A stretch of DNA of 64,000 nucleotides from Vicinamibacterales bacterium (lineage in GTDB: Bacteria > Acidobacteriota > Vicinamibacteria > Vicinamibacterales > SCN-69-37), in NCBI GenBank assembly GCA_036675475.1, contig JAKFEY010000020.1, positions 6,274-70,273 on the forward strand, read 5' to 3'. Every line of letters starts with the position of its first letter. Positions within the stretch are counted from its first letter, which is position 1. This document shows positions 45,926 to 54,771 of the stretch, piece after piece. The notes under the pieces are model-generated. The model saw nothing but the letters and a program-made list of their open reading frames with translations, was not told where the DNA came from and did not search any database. The position numbers and the translations under genes are program-made.

Positions 45926-46117
45926 TTGTTCTCCAACTGGGACGGATAGGTTCGTGCGCCAAGGATTCTCTCATTTCACACGGATGCGCAAAAGTACTTT
46001 AGCGGCGCGACGCCGGCGCGACGGCCGCGAGGAATCGCGCCGCGGAGCTGTTAGCTGTGCAGTAAGTCTTTTGCTGTGTTGGAGTTAGCCCTGTATACCG
46101 CTATCCTGTTAACACCG

Positions 46118-46915
46118 ATGAGAATGCGCACCTTTCCGCGTGCCGTGCTGGTGCTTGCCCTGGTGGCGGCGCCGTCGGCCGCATTCGCCGATCCGGACGA
46201 CGCCTTCGTCGACGCGCTGCAGTCGATGATGGCGGAGCTTCGTCCCGAGAGCCGGCGCGACGCCCGCACGATCAAGGCCGCGTACGGCCCGATGGTGTCG
46301 CGCGCGATGTTCGACGACCGCGGCGATCTCGAAAGCGCGCTGGAGCAGGAAGAGCTCGCGCTGATTCCGGATCACGGCGCCCATCTCAACATCGACCTGC
46401 GCCTCGACGGCAAACATCCAATCGCGGAAAAGGATCTGCGCAACCAGGCGCTCTATCTGGGCGCGCGTCCCGCCACGCTCGGACTGCTGTACGAGATTGC
46501 GTCGCGCGTGCCGTCGGGGCCGATCGAGATCACGAGCCTCGTGCGGCACGAGCAGTATCAGCGCGCGCTCGGCGCGTCCAACGGCAACGCGCGCACGAGC
46601 GTGCCGACCCACGCCATGGGCTTTGCGTTCGATATCGCGCTGGTGAACACGCCGCTCGCGCGCGTGTATGAGATTCGCGACGTGCTGCGCGCGATGCGCG
46701 ACGCCGGCCTGATCTATTTCATTGGCGAAACGCAGCAGCTCGTGTTCCACGTCGTGCCGCGCCCGGCGGCCCTCGGCTACTACGAGGCGCTGCACCTGGT
46801 GTGGCTCCACGCGCCGATGCCGGTTGTGCCCGAGCCGGACGTGGCCGCGCTGATGCGCCGCGCGGTGCCGCCGCCGCCGACGGTGGAGCTCTCGTGGTGG
46901 CAGCGGCTGTTCTAG
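46118..46915 (+). CDS. DUF5715-like secreted protein (peptidase M15-like fold)
   Basis: ITSLVR..QYQ..L...NGNA....PTHAMGFAFDI; start at 46118 or 46124. Confidence 0.65.
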   Translation: MRMRTFPRAVLVLALVAAPSAAFADPDDAFVDALQSMMAELRPESRRDARTIKAAYGPMVSRAMFDDRGDLESALEQEELALIPDHGAHLNIDLRLDGKHPIAEKDLRNQALYLGARPATLGLLYEIASRVPSGPIEITSLVRHEQYQRALGASNGNARTSVPTHAMGFAFDIALVNTPLARVYEIRDVLRAMRDAGLIYFIGETQQLVFHVVPRPAALGYYEALHLVWLHAPMPVVPEPDVAALMRRAVPPPPTVELSWWQRLF

Positions 46916-46921
46916 TCCGCC

Positions 46922-47347
46922 TCAGTAGCCCGGCTTCGCCTTCAGCACGCCAAGCTGAATCAGCAGGAACGTAAAGTCGTAGTAGCGCCGCTCGTGCGCA
47001 ATTTTTCCGTCGCGCATCGTGAACAGCCGCACGCCCTGAATCGTGAAGCGCTTCCCCGAGCCGGCAAGCCCCATGAACTCGCCTTCGTGCGTGGCGCTCG
47101 CCGAAAACGGCTGCGCCACGCGGTCGCCGTCAATCAGCAGGTCGTCGGCCTGGAAATCCCAGTCGGGAAAGATGTCGAAGAGGGTGGTGTACGACACCGC
47201 GATCGCGCGGTCGCCGCTCACCGTGCCGAAAATGGGGCTCACCAGCGCGCCGCCCGGCGCGTGCCCCGCGGCCAGGGCCGCCGCGTCGCGGTTGCGCCAG
47301 TGTGGCTCCTGCTCCCGGAAGAACGCGCGGATCTGGTCTGGGCTCAT
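46922..47347 (-). CDS. SnoaL-like ester cyclase family protein
   Basis: FPDW.F...L.IDGDRVA...ATH.GEFMGL..SGKRF...RDGKIAHERRYYD. Confidence 0.85.
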   Translation of the reverse strand: MSPDQIRAFFREQEPHWRNRDAAALAAGHAPGGALVSPIFGTVSGDRAIAVSYTTLFDIFPDWDFQADDLLIDGDRVAQPFSASATHEGEFMGLAGSGKRFTIQGVRLFTMRDGKIAHERRYYDFTFLLIQLGVLKAKPGY

Positions 47348-47366
47348 GGCGGCATCCTAGCGCCAA

Positions 47367-47708
47367 TCACCCTTTGACGGTGAACCCCTTCTTTCGGAGC
47401 AGGTCGCGCAGGCGATCGCGCTGATCCCCCTGCAGCTCGATGGTGTCGTCGGCCACCGCGCCGCCGATGCCGCACGCCTTCTTCAACTCCGTGCAGAGAC
47501 CCTTCAGGAAGGCGGCGTTGTTGGGCAGATCGTAAATGACCGTCACGATCTTGCCGCCGCGTCCCGACTTCTCCATGCGCAGCTTCGCGACGATCCTGTC
47601 GGGCACCGCCTCGGATGCCTTGCGGCTGCTGCACTGGCAGTTGTCGATCGGCCACCCGCACGTGGGACACGTGCGGCCCCTGTCGGTGGAATAGACGAGA
47701 CGGGTCAT
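47367..47708 (-). CDS. yciH: Translation initiation factor SUI1/YciH family
   Basis: LVYSTD, EKSGRGGK.VT, LKKACG.GGAV and IELQGDQR. Confidence 0.9.
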   Translation of the reverse strand: MTRLVYSTDRGRTCPTCGWPIDNCQCSSRKASEAVPDRIVAKLRMEKSGRGGKIVTVIYDLPNNAAFLKGLCTELKKACGIGGAVADDTIELQGDQRDRLRDLLRKKGFTVKG

Positions 47709-47775
47709 CGCTTCACCACCCCAACGATACCCCGGGTCTGGAAGTTGCAACTCCACCGGCGGAGGACAAATAAAA

Positions 47776-48354
47776 ATGAAGAGGTTGACTCAGACGACGC
47801 TGGCCCTCGTGGCGGCGGCGTCCATCGCCGCATGCGCGGGCGACAATAATTCAAGGGCCGATGACGCAGCGGCCGGAGCCACGGGCACGACCGGCACCGC
47901 CGGCACGTCCACCGATCTCGATCGCAGCTGGATCAACGATCAGCTGGAAGACGGCGATCAGGAAGTCAGGCTCGGCCGGCTGGCGCAGGAGCGCGGCGCC
48001 GACGCCGACGTGCGCGCGTTCGGCGCGATGATGGTCGAAAAGCACACCATGGCGGGCACGGAACTGAAGCGCATCGCGAACCGGCACAACCTGCCGGCCG
48101 AGGACAACGCCGCCAGGGACGACGACGACGAGTTCGAGCGTCTGTCGAAGCTGTCGGGCGCCGAGTTCGACCGCGCGTACCTCGATCTGATGGTCGACGA
48201 GCACGAGGATGCCATCGACGACCTTCAGGAGAAGGCGAACAACAACGATGAGCACGCGGACGTGAAAGAATGGGCGACCAGGACGCTGCCGGAAGTGCGG
48301 CAGCATCTCGAGCGCGCCCGGACGCTTCGCGAGCGACTCGATCGGACCAACTAG
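47776..48354 (+). CDS. DUF4142 domain lipoprotein
   Basis: Lipobox IAAC; EVRLGRLA, V.AFG.MMV..H, LSGAEFDRAY...MV..H and LPEVRQHL. Confidence 0.85.
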   Translation: MKRLTQTTLALVAAASIAACAGDNNSRADDAAAGATGTTGTAGTSTDLDRSWINDQLEDGDQEVRLGRLAQERGADADVRAFGAMMVEKHTMAGTELKRIANRHNLPAEDNAARDDDDEFERLSKLSGAEFDRAYLDLMVDEHEDAIDDLQEKANNNDEHADVKEWATRTLPEVRQHLERARTLRERLDRTN

Positions 48355-48371
48355 GAGCTGGCCCCACACGC

Positions 48372-48776
48372 ATGCAGGATCGGGAAGACACCACGCCGGG
48401 GGTTGCCAGACTGGCCGAGCTCCGGCCGGCGCTGCTCGACCTGCACAAGACACTGCTCGACTGGGAACGTGCCGCCTACGAGCGCGAGCACGGCCGCCAG
48501 TCGAGCGGTGAGTTGCTGCGGCTGCTGCTCGAACATCCCCAGTTCGAGTGGCTCCGCGCCATCTCGGCGCTCGTCGTCCGCATCGACGAGGAGCTCGAGG
48601 CCGACGCGTCGCCGCCGTCGGAATTCCAGGCGCTGATTGACGCCGTGCGCGCGACCGTGGGCGAGCGCGACGCGCTGTCGACCTTCGGCCGGCAGTACGA
48701 AGCCGCGCTGCAGGACAGCCCCGACGCCGTGTTCGCGCATCGCCGCGTGATGGCGGCGCTCACGCGCCGCCTCTAG
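48372..48776 (+). CDS. Hypothetical helical protein
   Basis: LL.LHKTLLD.ER..YE..HG, LL.HPQFEWLRAIS..V.RIDE and SPD.V.AH. Confidence 0.72.
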   Translation: MQDREDTTPGVARLAELRPALLDLHKTLLDWERAAYEREHGRQSSGELLRLLLEHPQFEWLRAISALVVRIDEELEADASPPSEFQALIDAVRATVGERDALSTFGRQYEAALQDSPDAVFAHRRVMAALTRRL

Positions 48777-48798
48777 ACGTCAACGTTGCAACGCGGCG

Positions 48799-49560
48799 TC
48801 AGCCCGCCTTCGACTCCATCCAGGCGACCACGTCCTGGCGCGTCGCCACGAGCACGCGCGGCGCCATGTCCGGCAGCCGCACGCCCGTGGGCTCCACCAT
48901 CGTGTTCGTGTCGATGACGATGTCCCCCTCCTGCAGCGGCCACGGCTGGTGGTGAATGTCGATGTGCAGCAGATGGTTGCTCGGGCTGACGGTGTAGAGG
49001 CGATAGCGCTCGGTGAGGAAGTGATCGAGCGTGCCCGGCTGCGCGTCGAACACGGGGCCCGTCGCGCGATAGCGCGCGTCGAACTCGCCGGCCGGCGGCG
49101 TGCCGGCCTCGATCCTCCGGCTGCGATAGTGAATCCATCCGTCGCGCGCCTCGACGCTCATCACCGCCGAAAAATACGGCAGGTGCAGCAGCGATCGCGC
49201 AAAGCCCACCGCCAGCGGGTTGCCCGCATCCAGGCTGAAAAAATAGACGCCCGGCTTGCCGCCGGCGACGACATAGGTGCGGACGTTGAGCTCGGGAAAC
49301 GCCGACACGAACGGCAGGGCGGGCACGCCGCGCGGCGCGACGTTGGTCATGCGAAACGGGACGACGCCGAGCCAGGCCTGGCCCTCGAAGACGTCCATCT
49401 CGAGGCCGGCCGGCAGCGCGGTGCGCAGGAGGGTGTGATCGACCGGCCAGTGGAGGAAGGCCAGGTCACGCCACGTCTGCGTCATCAGCCACGGGCCCTC
49501 GGGCATCGGCCACGGGCGGTGTTCGGTGCGTTCCAGCGTCGCGTAATTGAAGTCGTTCAT
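48799..49560 (-). CDS. YqjF/DUF2071 family protein
   Basis: QTWRDLAFLHWPV, AWLGVVPF, FPELNVRTYV, GVYFFSLDA and FLTERY. Confidence 0.9.
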   Translation of the reverse strand: MNDFNYATLERTEHRPWPMPEGPWLMTQTWRDLAFLHWPVDHTLLRTALPAGLEMDVFEGQAWLGVVPFRMTNVAPRGVPALPFVSAFPELNVRTYVVAGGKPGVYFFSLDAGNPLAVGFARSLLHLPYFSAVMSVEARDGWIHYRSRRIEAGTPPAGEFDARYRATGPVFDAQPGTLDHFLTERYRLYTVSPSNHLLHIDIHHQPWPLQEGDIVIDTNTMVEPTGVRLPDMAPRVLVATRQDVVAWMESKAG

Positions 49561-49656
49561 GTGGCAGGCCGGGACTTTCAGTCCCGGCGATCTCCGCTGC
49601 AAGATTCGCCCCGTCTCGCCGCTCGCGCCGCCGGCCCGTCCCTGTACAATCACGCC

Positions 49657-50148
49657 GTGCTGCGAGCGACCATCTGGCTGTCGGTGCTGGCGTGGGCGTC
49701 GGCCGAAGTGCTGCGGCGCGCCGGCGCCGACCGGCGCGACGCCGCGCGCGCCATGTACACGGCGGGCGTGCTGCTGCTCATGGGCCACACGGTTGCGGCC
49801 TTTCAGCTGCATCACGCCTGGAGCCACGGCGCGGCGTGGGAGGCGACGGCCGCGCGCACCGAGGCGATGACCGGTTTCGCGTCGGGCAGCGGGCTCTATC
49901 TCAACTATCTCTTCATCGCGGCCTGGGCCGCCGATGCCGCCTGGTGGTGGCTGCGGCCGCGCCAGTATCTGCACCGCGCCCGCGCGCTGGATCGTGCCGT
50001 GTTCGGCTTCTTCACCTTCATGTTCATCAACGGCGCCATCGTCTTCGCGGCCGGGCCGATGCGGATCGCGGGCGCCGCGGCGGTGGCTGCCGCCATCGTG
50101 GCCCGCACCGGGCTGCCGGAGCGGCGGGCAGCGGGAGGCCGCGCATGA
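49657..50148 (+). CDS. Hypothetical membrane protein
   Basis: Four TM segments with HT..AF..HH.WSH; GTG 6 nt after TACAAT; ATGA overlap with the MFS gene. Confidence 0.7.
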   Translation: MLRATIWLSVLAWASAEVLRRAGADRRDAARAMYTAGVLLLMGHTVAAFQLHHAWSHGAAWEATAARTEAMTGFASGSGLYLNYLFIAAWAADAAWWWLRPRQYLHRARALDRAVFGFFTFMFINGAIVFAAGPMRIAGAAAVAAAIVARTGLPERRAAGGRA

Positions 50149-51398
50149 CCGGCGCCATCGCCACCGCGCTCGGCGCCCCGCGCGCGCGGCGCATGTTCTA
50201 TGGCTGGGTAGTGGTCGGCATGGCGGCGCTCGCCATGGTGGGCACGCTGCCGGGCCGCACGCAGGGCCTCGGATTGGTCACCGAGCCGCTCATGCGCGAC
50301 GCCGGTCTGACGCGCATTGCGTTCGCGCAGATCAATCTCGTGGCGACGCTCGCCGGCGCGCTCTTCTGCATCGGCATCGGGCGCCTGATCGATCGCCGCG
50401 GCTCCCGCCTGGTCTTGACCGTGAACGCGCTGCTGCTTGGCGCGGTGGTGATCGCGATGAGCCGCGCGTCGGGCCTCGTCGCCATGCTCGTGCTGATCAC
50501 ACTGACGCGCGGGCTCGGGCAGAGCGCGCTGTCGGTGGTGAGTCTCGCCATGGTGGGCAAGTGGTTTCGCGCGCGCCTCACGCGCGCGATGGCGGTGTAT
50601 TCGCTGCTCATGAGCATCGGCTTCATGGCCGCGTTCCCGCTGGTCGGCGCCGTCGTGCTGGCCGCAGGCTGGCGCACGGCGTGGCTGGCGGTCGGCGTCG
50701 CGCTCATCGCGGGCCTCGCGCCGCTGGCATGGTTGCTGGTGCGCTCTGTGCCGGAAGAGATCGGCGACGAGGTCGACGGCGCGCGCCCCGGCGGCGAGGG
50801 GGCCTCGACCCTCGAAGGCGCGACGCTCGGTCAGGCGCTGCGGACGCCGGCCTTCTGGGTCTTTGCGATCGCAAGCGCGCTCTACGGTCTCGTGGCCTCG
50901 GGCATCGGCCTCTTCAACGAATCGATTCTCGCCGAGCGCGGCTTCGCGCCCGGCATCTATCACCAGGCGCTCGCGGTCACCGCCATGACGGCGCTGGCCG
51001 GCAACTTCCTCTCGGGCGCGCTCGCCGATCGCGTGTCGCTGCGCGCGCAGCTGCTCGTCGCCCTGGTCATGCTGGCCGCGGGCCTCGCGGCGCTGCCGCA
51101 CGTGAGCACGACCGCCCACGTCATGGCGCAGGCCGTGGCCATGGGCCTGGCCGGCGGCTTCGTCATCGTCGTCTTCTTCAGTTTCTGGGGACGCGCGTAC
51201 GGCCAGGCGCACCTCGGGCGCATCCAGGGCGCCGCGCAGGCGATGACGGTGGTGGCGTCGGCCGTCGGTCCGCTGCTGTTCGCGTGGGGCCACGCGCTGA
51301 CCGGCACCTACGCCGCGGGCTTCTATCTGCTCTCGGGACTCGTCGTCATCATGGCCATCGCTGCCGCGACGGTCAGGATCCGGAATCTCGCCACGTAG
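50145..51398 (+). CDS. MFS transporter
   Basis: About 12 TMs; GRLIDRRGSR motif A; GKWFR and YGQAHLGRIQG. Confidence 0.9.
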   Translation: MTGAIATALGAPRARRMFYGWVVVGMAALAMVGTLPGRTQGLGLVTEPLMRDAGLTRIAFAQINLVATLAGALFCIGIGRLIDRRGSRLVLTVNALLLGAVVIAMSRASGLVAMLVLITLTRGLGQSALSVVSLAMVGKWFRARLTRAMAVYSLLMSIGFMAAFPLVGAVVLAAGWRTAWLAVGVALIAGLAPLAWLLVRSVPEEIGDEVDGARPGGEGASTLEGATLGQALRTPAFWVFAIASALYGLVASGIGLFNESILAERGFAPGIYHQALAVTAMTALAGNFLSGALADRVSLRAQLLVALVMLAAGLAALPHVSTTAHVMAQAVAMGLAGGFVIVVFFSFWGRAYGQAHLGRIQGAAQAMTVVASAVGPLLFAWGHALTGTYAAGFYLLSGLVVIMAIAAATVRIRNLAT

Positions 51399-51423
51399 CG
51401 TCACGCTATACACTCACGCCTGG

Positions 51424-53928
51424 ATGGCTCGACACCGCGTTCTCCTCCTCTTACTGTTCGTGGGCAGCGGCTGTGCCGCGCTCGTGTACGAAGTGGTCTG
51501 GTTCCAGCTGCTGCAGCTGGTGATTGGATCGTCGGCCGTGTCGATGGCCGTGCTGCTCGGCACCTTCATGGGCGGCATGTGCGCCGGCAGCCTGCTGCTG
51601 CCGAAATACGTCGGCCGCGACGCGCATCCGCTGCGCGTGTATGCCACGCTCGAAGCCGCGATCGGCCTCTTCGCCATCGTCGTGCTTCTGGTGACACCGC
51701 TCGTGGGCTACGTGTACTCGTCGATTGCCGGCTACGGCTTCGGCGGCCTGCTGCTGCGCGGGCTCGTGGCGGCCATCGTGCTGCTGCCGCCGACCGTCCT
51801 GATGGGCGCCACGCTGCCGGCCATCGCGCGCTATGTCGAATTGACGCCGCGCGGCGTGGCGTGGCTCGGCTTCTTTTACGGCGGCAACATCGCCGGCGCC
51901 GTCATCGGCTGCCTGCTCGCCGGCTTCTATCTGCTGCGCGTCCACGACATGTTCGTGTCGACCTTCGCCGCCGTCGCGATCAACCTCGCGGTCGCAGCGG
52001 CCGCCTGGATGCTAGCCAAGCACTCCGCGGCCATACAGCGTGACAGCGAAGGCGCTGCACTGGAGCGGACACCTGTTGAGCGGGATCCACTGACAACCAG
52101 CTACCAGCAACCCTCCTCCGCGCTGCGCGCTTTGGAGGGCAGGCCAACAACCGTTTATCTCGCCATCGGCCTCTCAGGCCTCACAGCCCTGGGATCTCAG
52201 GTCGTGTGGACGCGGCTGCTGTCGCTGCTCGTGGGCGCGACCGTGTATGCGTTCGCCATCATCCTTGCGGTGTTTCTCACAGGCCTTGGCATCGGCAGCG
52301 CCATCGGCGCCGCGCTGTCGCGATCGACGCGGCGGCCGCGTCTTGCGCTTGGCGTGTGTCAGCTTGCGCTGATGGCGGCCATCGCGTGGGCGGCCTACAT
52401 GCTCGCGGCCGGCCTCCCGTACTGGCCGATCAATCCGTCGCTGGCCACGTCGACGGCGATCGTGTTCCAGGTGGATCTCGTGCGCGCGGCGTGGGTCGTG
52501 CTGCCCGGCGCCATCCTCTGGGGCGCAAGCTTCCCGCTTGCGCTTGCGGCCGTGGCGCCGCGCGGCGGGGATCCCGGGCGCATGGTCGGCCGCGTGTACG
52601 CCGCAAACACCGCGGGCGCCATCGCCGGCGCGATTGGCGCGAGCCTGTTCCTCGTCGAGGCCATGGGGACCATGCGTGCGCAGCAGGTGTTCATGGCGCT
52701 GTCGGCCATCGCGGCATGCTTTGCGATGGCGCCGCTGCTGTGGACGAGCCCGAAAGCGAAGGGCGCGCCTTCCGAAACGCCGCTCGGCACCTTCGGCTTC
52801 ACGGTTGTCGTGATCGCGCTCGTCGCGGCGATCTGGACGGTCAACCGCCTGCCCGCCGTGCCCGGCCTGCTCATCGCCTATGGCCGCTACATGGTGACGT
52901 GGCTCGGACAGGCCGATGTCGTGTTCGCCGGCGAGGGCCTCAACTCGTCGGTCGCGGTCACGCAGCTGCCCGGCGGCATTCGCAACTTTCACGTGAGCGG
53001 CAAAGTCGAGGCGTCGAGCGAGCCGCAGGACATGCGCCTGCAGCGCATGCTCGGCCATCTGCCCGCGCTGCTGCACGACGGGCCGAAATCGGTGCTCGTC
53101 GTCGGCTGCGGCGCCGGCGTCACCGCGGGCTCGTTCGTTACCTATCCGTCGCTCGAGCGTCTCGTCATCGCCGAAATCGAGCCGCTCATTCCCCAGGTCG
53201 TCACCACCTATTTCCGGGAGGAAAACCACGGTGTCGTCAGCGACCCGCGCGTGCAGATCGTGTATGACGATGCGCGGCATTACGTGCTGACGGCGGACGA
53301 GCAGTTCGACGTCATCACGTCCGACCCGATTCATCCGTGGGTGAAGGGCTCGGCTACGCTCTACACGCGTGAGTATTTCGAGATGGTCAAGCGCCATCTC
53401 AAGCCGGGCGGCATCGTCACGCAGTGGGTGCCGCTGTACGAAAGCGACCTCGCCGTGGTGCGCAGCGAGATTGCGACGTTCGTGGAGGTCTTCCCCGACG
53501 CGACGATCTGGGCGAACCTGCAGCAGGGGCAGGGCTACGACGTCGTGCTGATGGCCCGAAACCCCGCGGGCGGCAGTCAGGACAGCGGCGTCATCGATCT
53601 CGACGCGGTGATGCAGCGCTTCGCCGATCCGCGGTTCGCGCAGGCGAAGCAGTCGATGCAGGGCGCCGCCTTCATGTCGCCGCTGGATCTGCTGGCCACG
53701 TACGGCGGGCGCGGATCGGACCTGCGGCCGTGGCTGGCCGGCGCGGAAATCAACCGCGATCGCAACCTGCGCCTGCAGTACCTGGCCGGCATGCAGTTGA
53801 ACCGGTACGAGGGCGGGCCCATTTACGACGCGATGGCGCGCTATCGCACGTTCCCCGAGTCGCTCTTCACGGGTGACGGCGCACTCGTGGCGGAGCTCAG
53901 GACCCTCATGGGGTTCGGCGATCGATGA
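51424..53928 (+). CDS. Fused membrane (MFS-like)/spermidine synthase-like protein
   Basis: SGCAALVYEVVW, YAANTAGA, LVVGCGAGVT, AEIEP, DDARHY and DVITSDPIHPW. Confidence 0.88.
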   Translation: MARHRVLLLLLFVGSGCAALVYEVVWFQLLQLVIGSSAVSMAVLLGTFMGGMCAGSLLLPKYVGRDAHPLRVYATLEAAIGLFAIVVLLVTPLVGYVYSSIAGYGFGGLLLRGLVAAIVLLPPTVLMGATLPAIARYVELTPRGVAWLGFFYGGNIAGAVIGCLLAGFYLLRVHDMFVSTFAAVAINLAVAAAAWMLAKHSAAIQRDSEGAALERTPVERDPLTTSYQQPSSALRALEGRPTTVYLAIGLSGLTALGSQVVWTRLLSLLVGATVYAFAIILAVFLTGLGIGSAIGAALSRSTRRPRLALGVCQLALMAAIAWAAYMLAAGLPYWPINPSLATSTAIVFQVDLVRAAWVVLPGAILWGASFPLALAAVAPRGGDPGRMVGRVYAANTAGAIAGAIGASLFLVEAMGTMRAQQVFMALSAIAACFAMAPLLWTSPKAKGAPSETPLGTFGFTVVVIALVAAIWTVNRLPAVPGLLIAYGRYMVTWLGQADVVFAGEGLNSSVAVTQLPGGIRNFHVSGKVEASSEPQDMRLQRMLGHLPALLHDGPKSVLVVGCGAGVTAGSFVTYPSLERLVIAEIEPLIPQVVTTYFREENHGVVSDPRVQIVYDDARHYVLTADEQFDVITSDPIHPWVKGSATLYTREYFEMVKRHLKPGGIVTQWVPLYESDLAVVRSEIATFVEVFPDATIWANLQQGQGYDVVLMARNPAGGSQDSGVIDLDAVMQRFADPRFAQAKQSMQGAAFMSPLDLLATYGGRGSDLRPWLAGAEINRDRNLRLQYLAGMQLNRYEGGPIYDAMARYRTFPESLFTGDGALVAELRTLMGFGDR

Positions 53929-53955
53929 ACGCAAACAGGCCCGCGCCCGCCGCCG

Positions 53956-54669
53956 TCAGCGCAGCCTGAAGGTCACCCTGACCGTCACGAGCACCGGCAC
54001 TTTCTGGCCGTTCAGCGTCGTCGGCGAGTAGCGCCACTTCGACACCGCTTCTTTCGCGGCGCCGTCGAGCAGCGGGATTGATCCAATCACGCGGATGTTC
54101 ACGACGCGCCCGGCCTCGTCGATCGTCGCCTCCAGAGTCACCGTGCCTTCCACGCGCGCGGTCTGCGCGATCGGCGGATAGATCGGCTCCACATACGCGA
54201 CGCGCTTCGGAAACTCCACCTGGCCGCCCGCGCGCACGATCTCAGGCTTCTGCGGTGGCGGTGGCTGCGTGATCGCGATCGATCCGGTACCGCCCGGCAC
54301 GCCTGTCGCACCGAAGCCGGATCCGATCGGCAGCGCGCCGGGAGCTTCCGGAACGCCCGGCAACGGCGTGGCAACTTCGGGCGCAATCGTGTCTGGCGCG
54401 TGCAGCGGCGCCGCGTCGGGATTTGCCGCGGGAGCCGACCGCGGCGCCGACGGCGGCTGCACCGCCGGCGCGGGCGGCATTGCCGCGGGCGCCACGAACG
54501 CGTCGATGCGGCTCATCGCATCGGGCATCGAAACGCTGCCGACAAGCGGCAGCACAATCACCAGCAGCACGACGCCGGCGTGCAGGGCGATGGACGTAGG
54601 TACGGTGAGGCCGCGCGGCGCTCCGGCAGGCGCCGGCCGCGACGCGGGATCGAACAGGTTTGCAGGCAT
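53956..54669 (-). CDS. tonB: Energy transducer TonB
   Basis: N-terminal TM SIALHA, Pro-rich linker, P.YPPIA..ARVEG.V.LEATIDE.G.V and W.YSPT.LNG. Confidence 0.88.
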   Translation of the reverse strand: MPANLFDPASRPAPAGAPRGLTVPTSIALHAGVVLLVIVLPLVGSVSMPDAMSRIDAFVAPAAMPPAPAVQPPSAPRSAPAANPDAAPLHAPDTIAPEVATPLPGVPEAPGALPIGSGFGATGVPGGTGSIAITQPPPPQKPEIVRAGGQVEFPKRVAYVEPIYPPIAQTARVEGTVTLEATIDEAGRVVNIRVIGSIPLLDGAAKEAVSKWRYSPTTLNGQKVPVLVTVRVTFRLR

Positions 54670-54771
54670 GGACCCTCCAGTCACACGGCAGGCGGACACG
54701 CAGGCGTTGCATCACCTACGTCCGCCGGTGGAGGAAGGGCCCTTCCTTGTTAGTGCTTAGACACCACTTCG

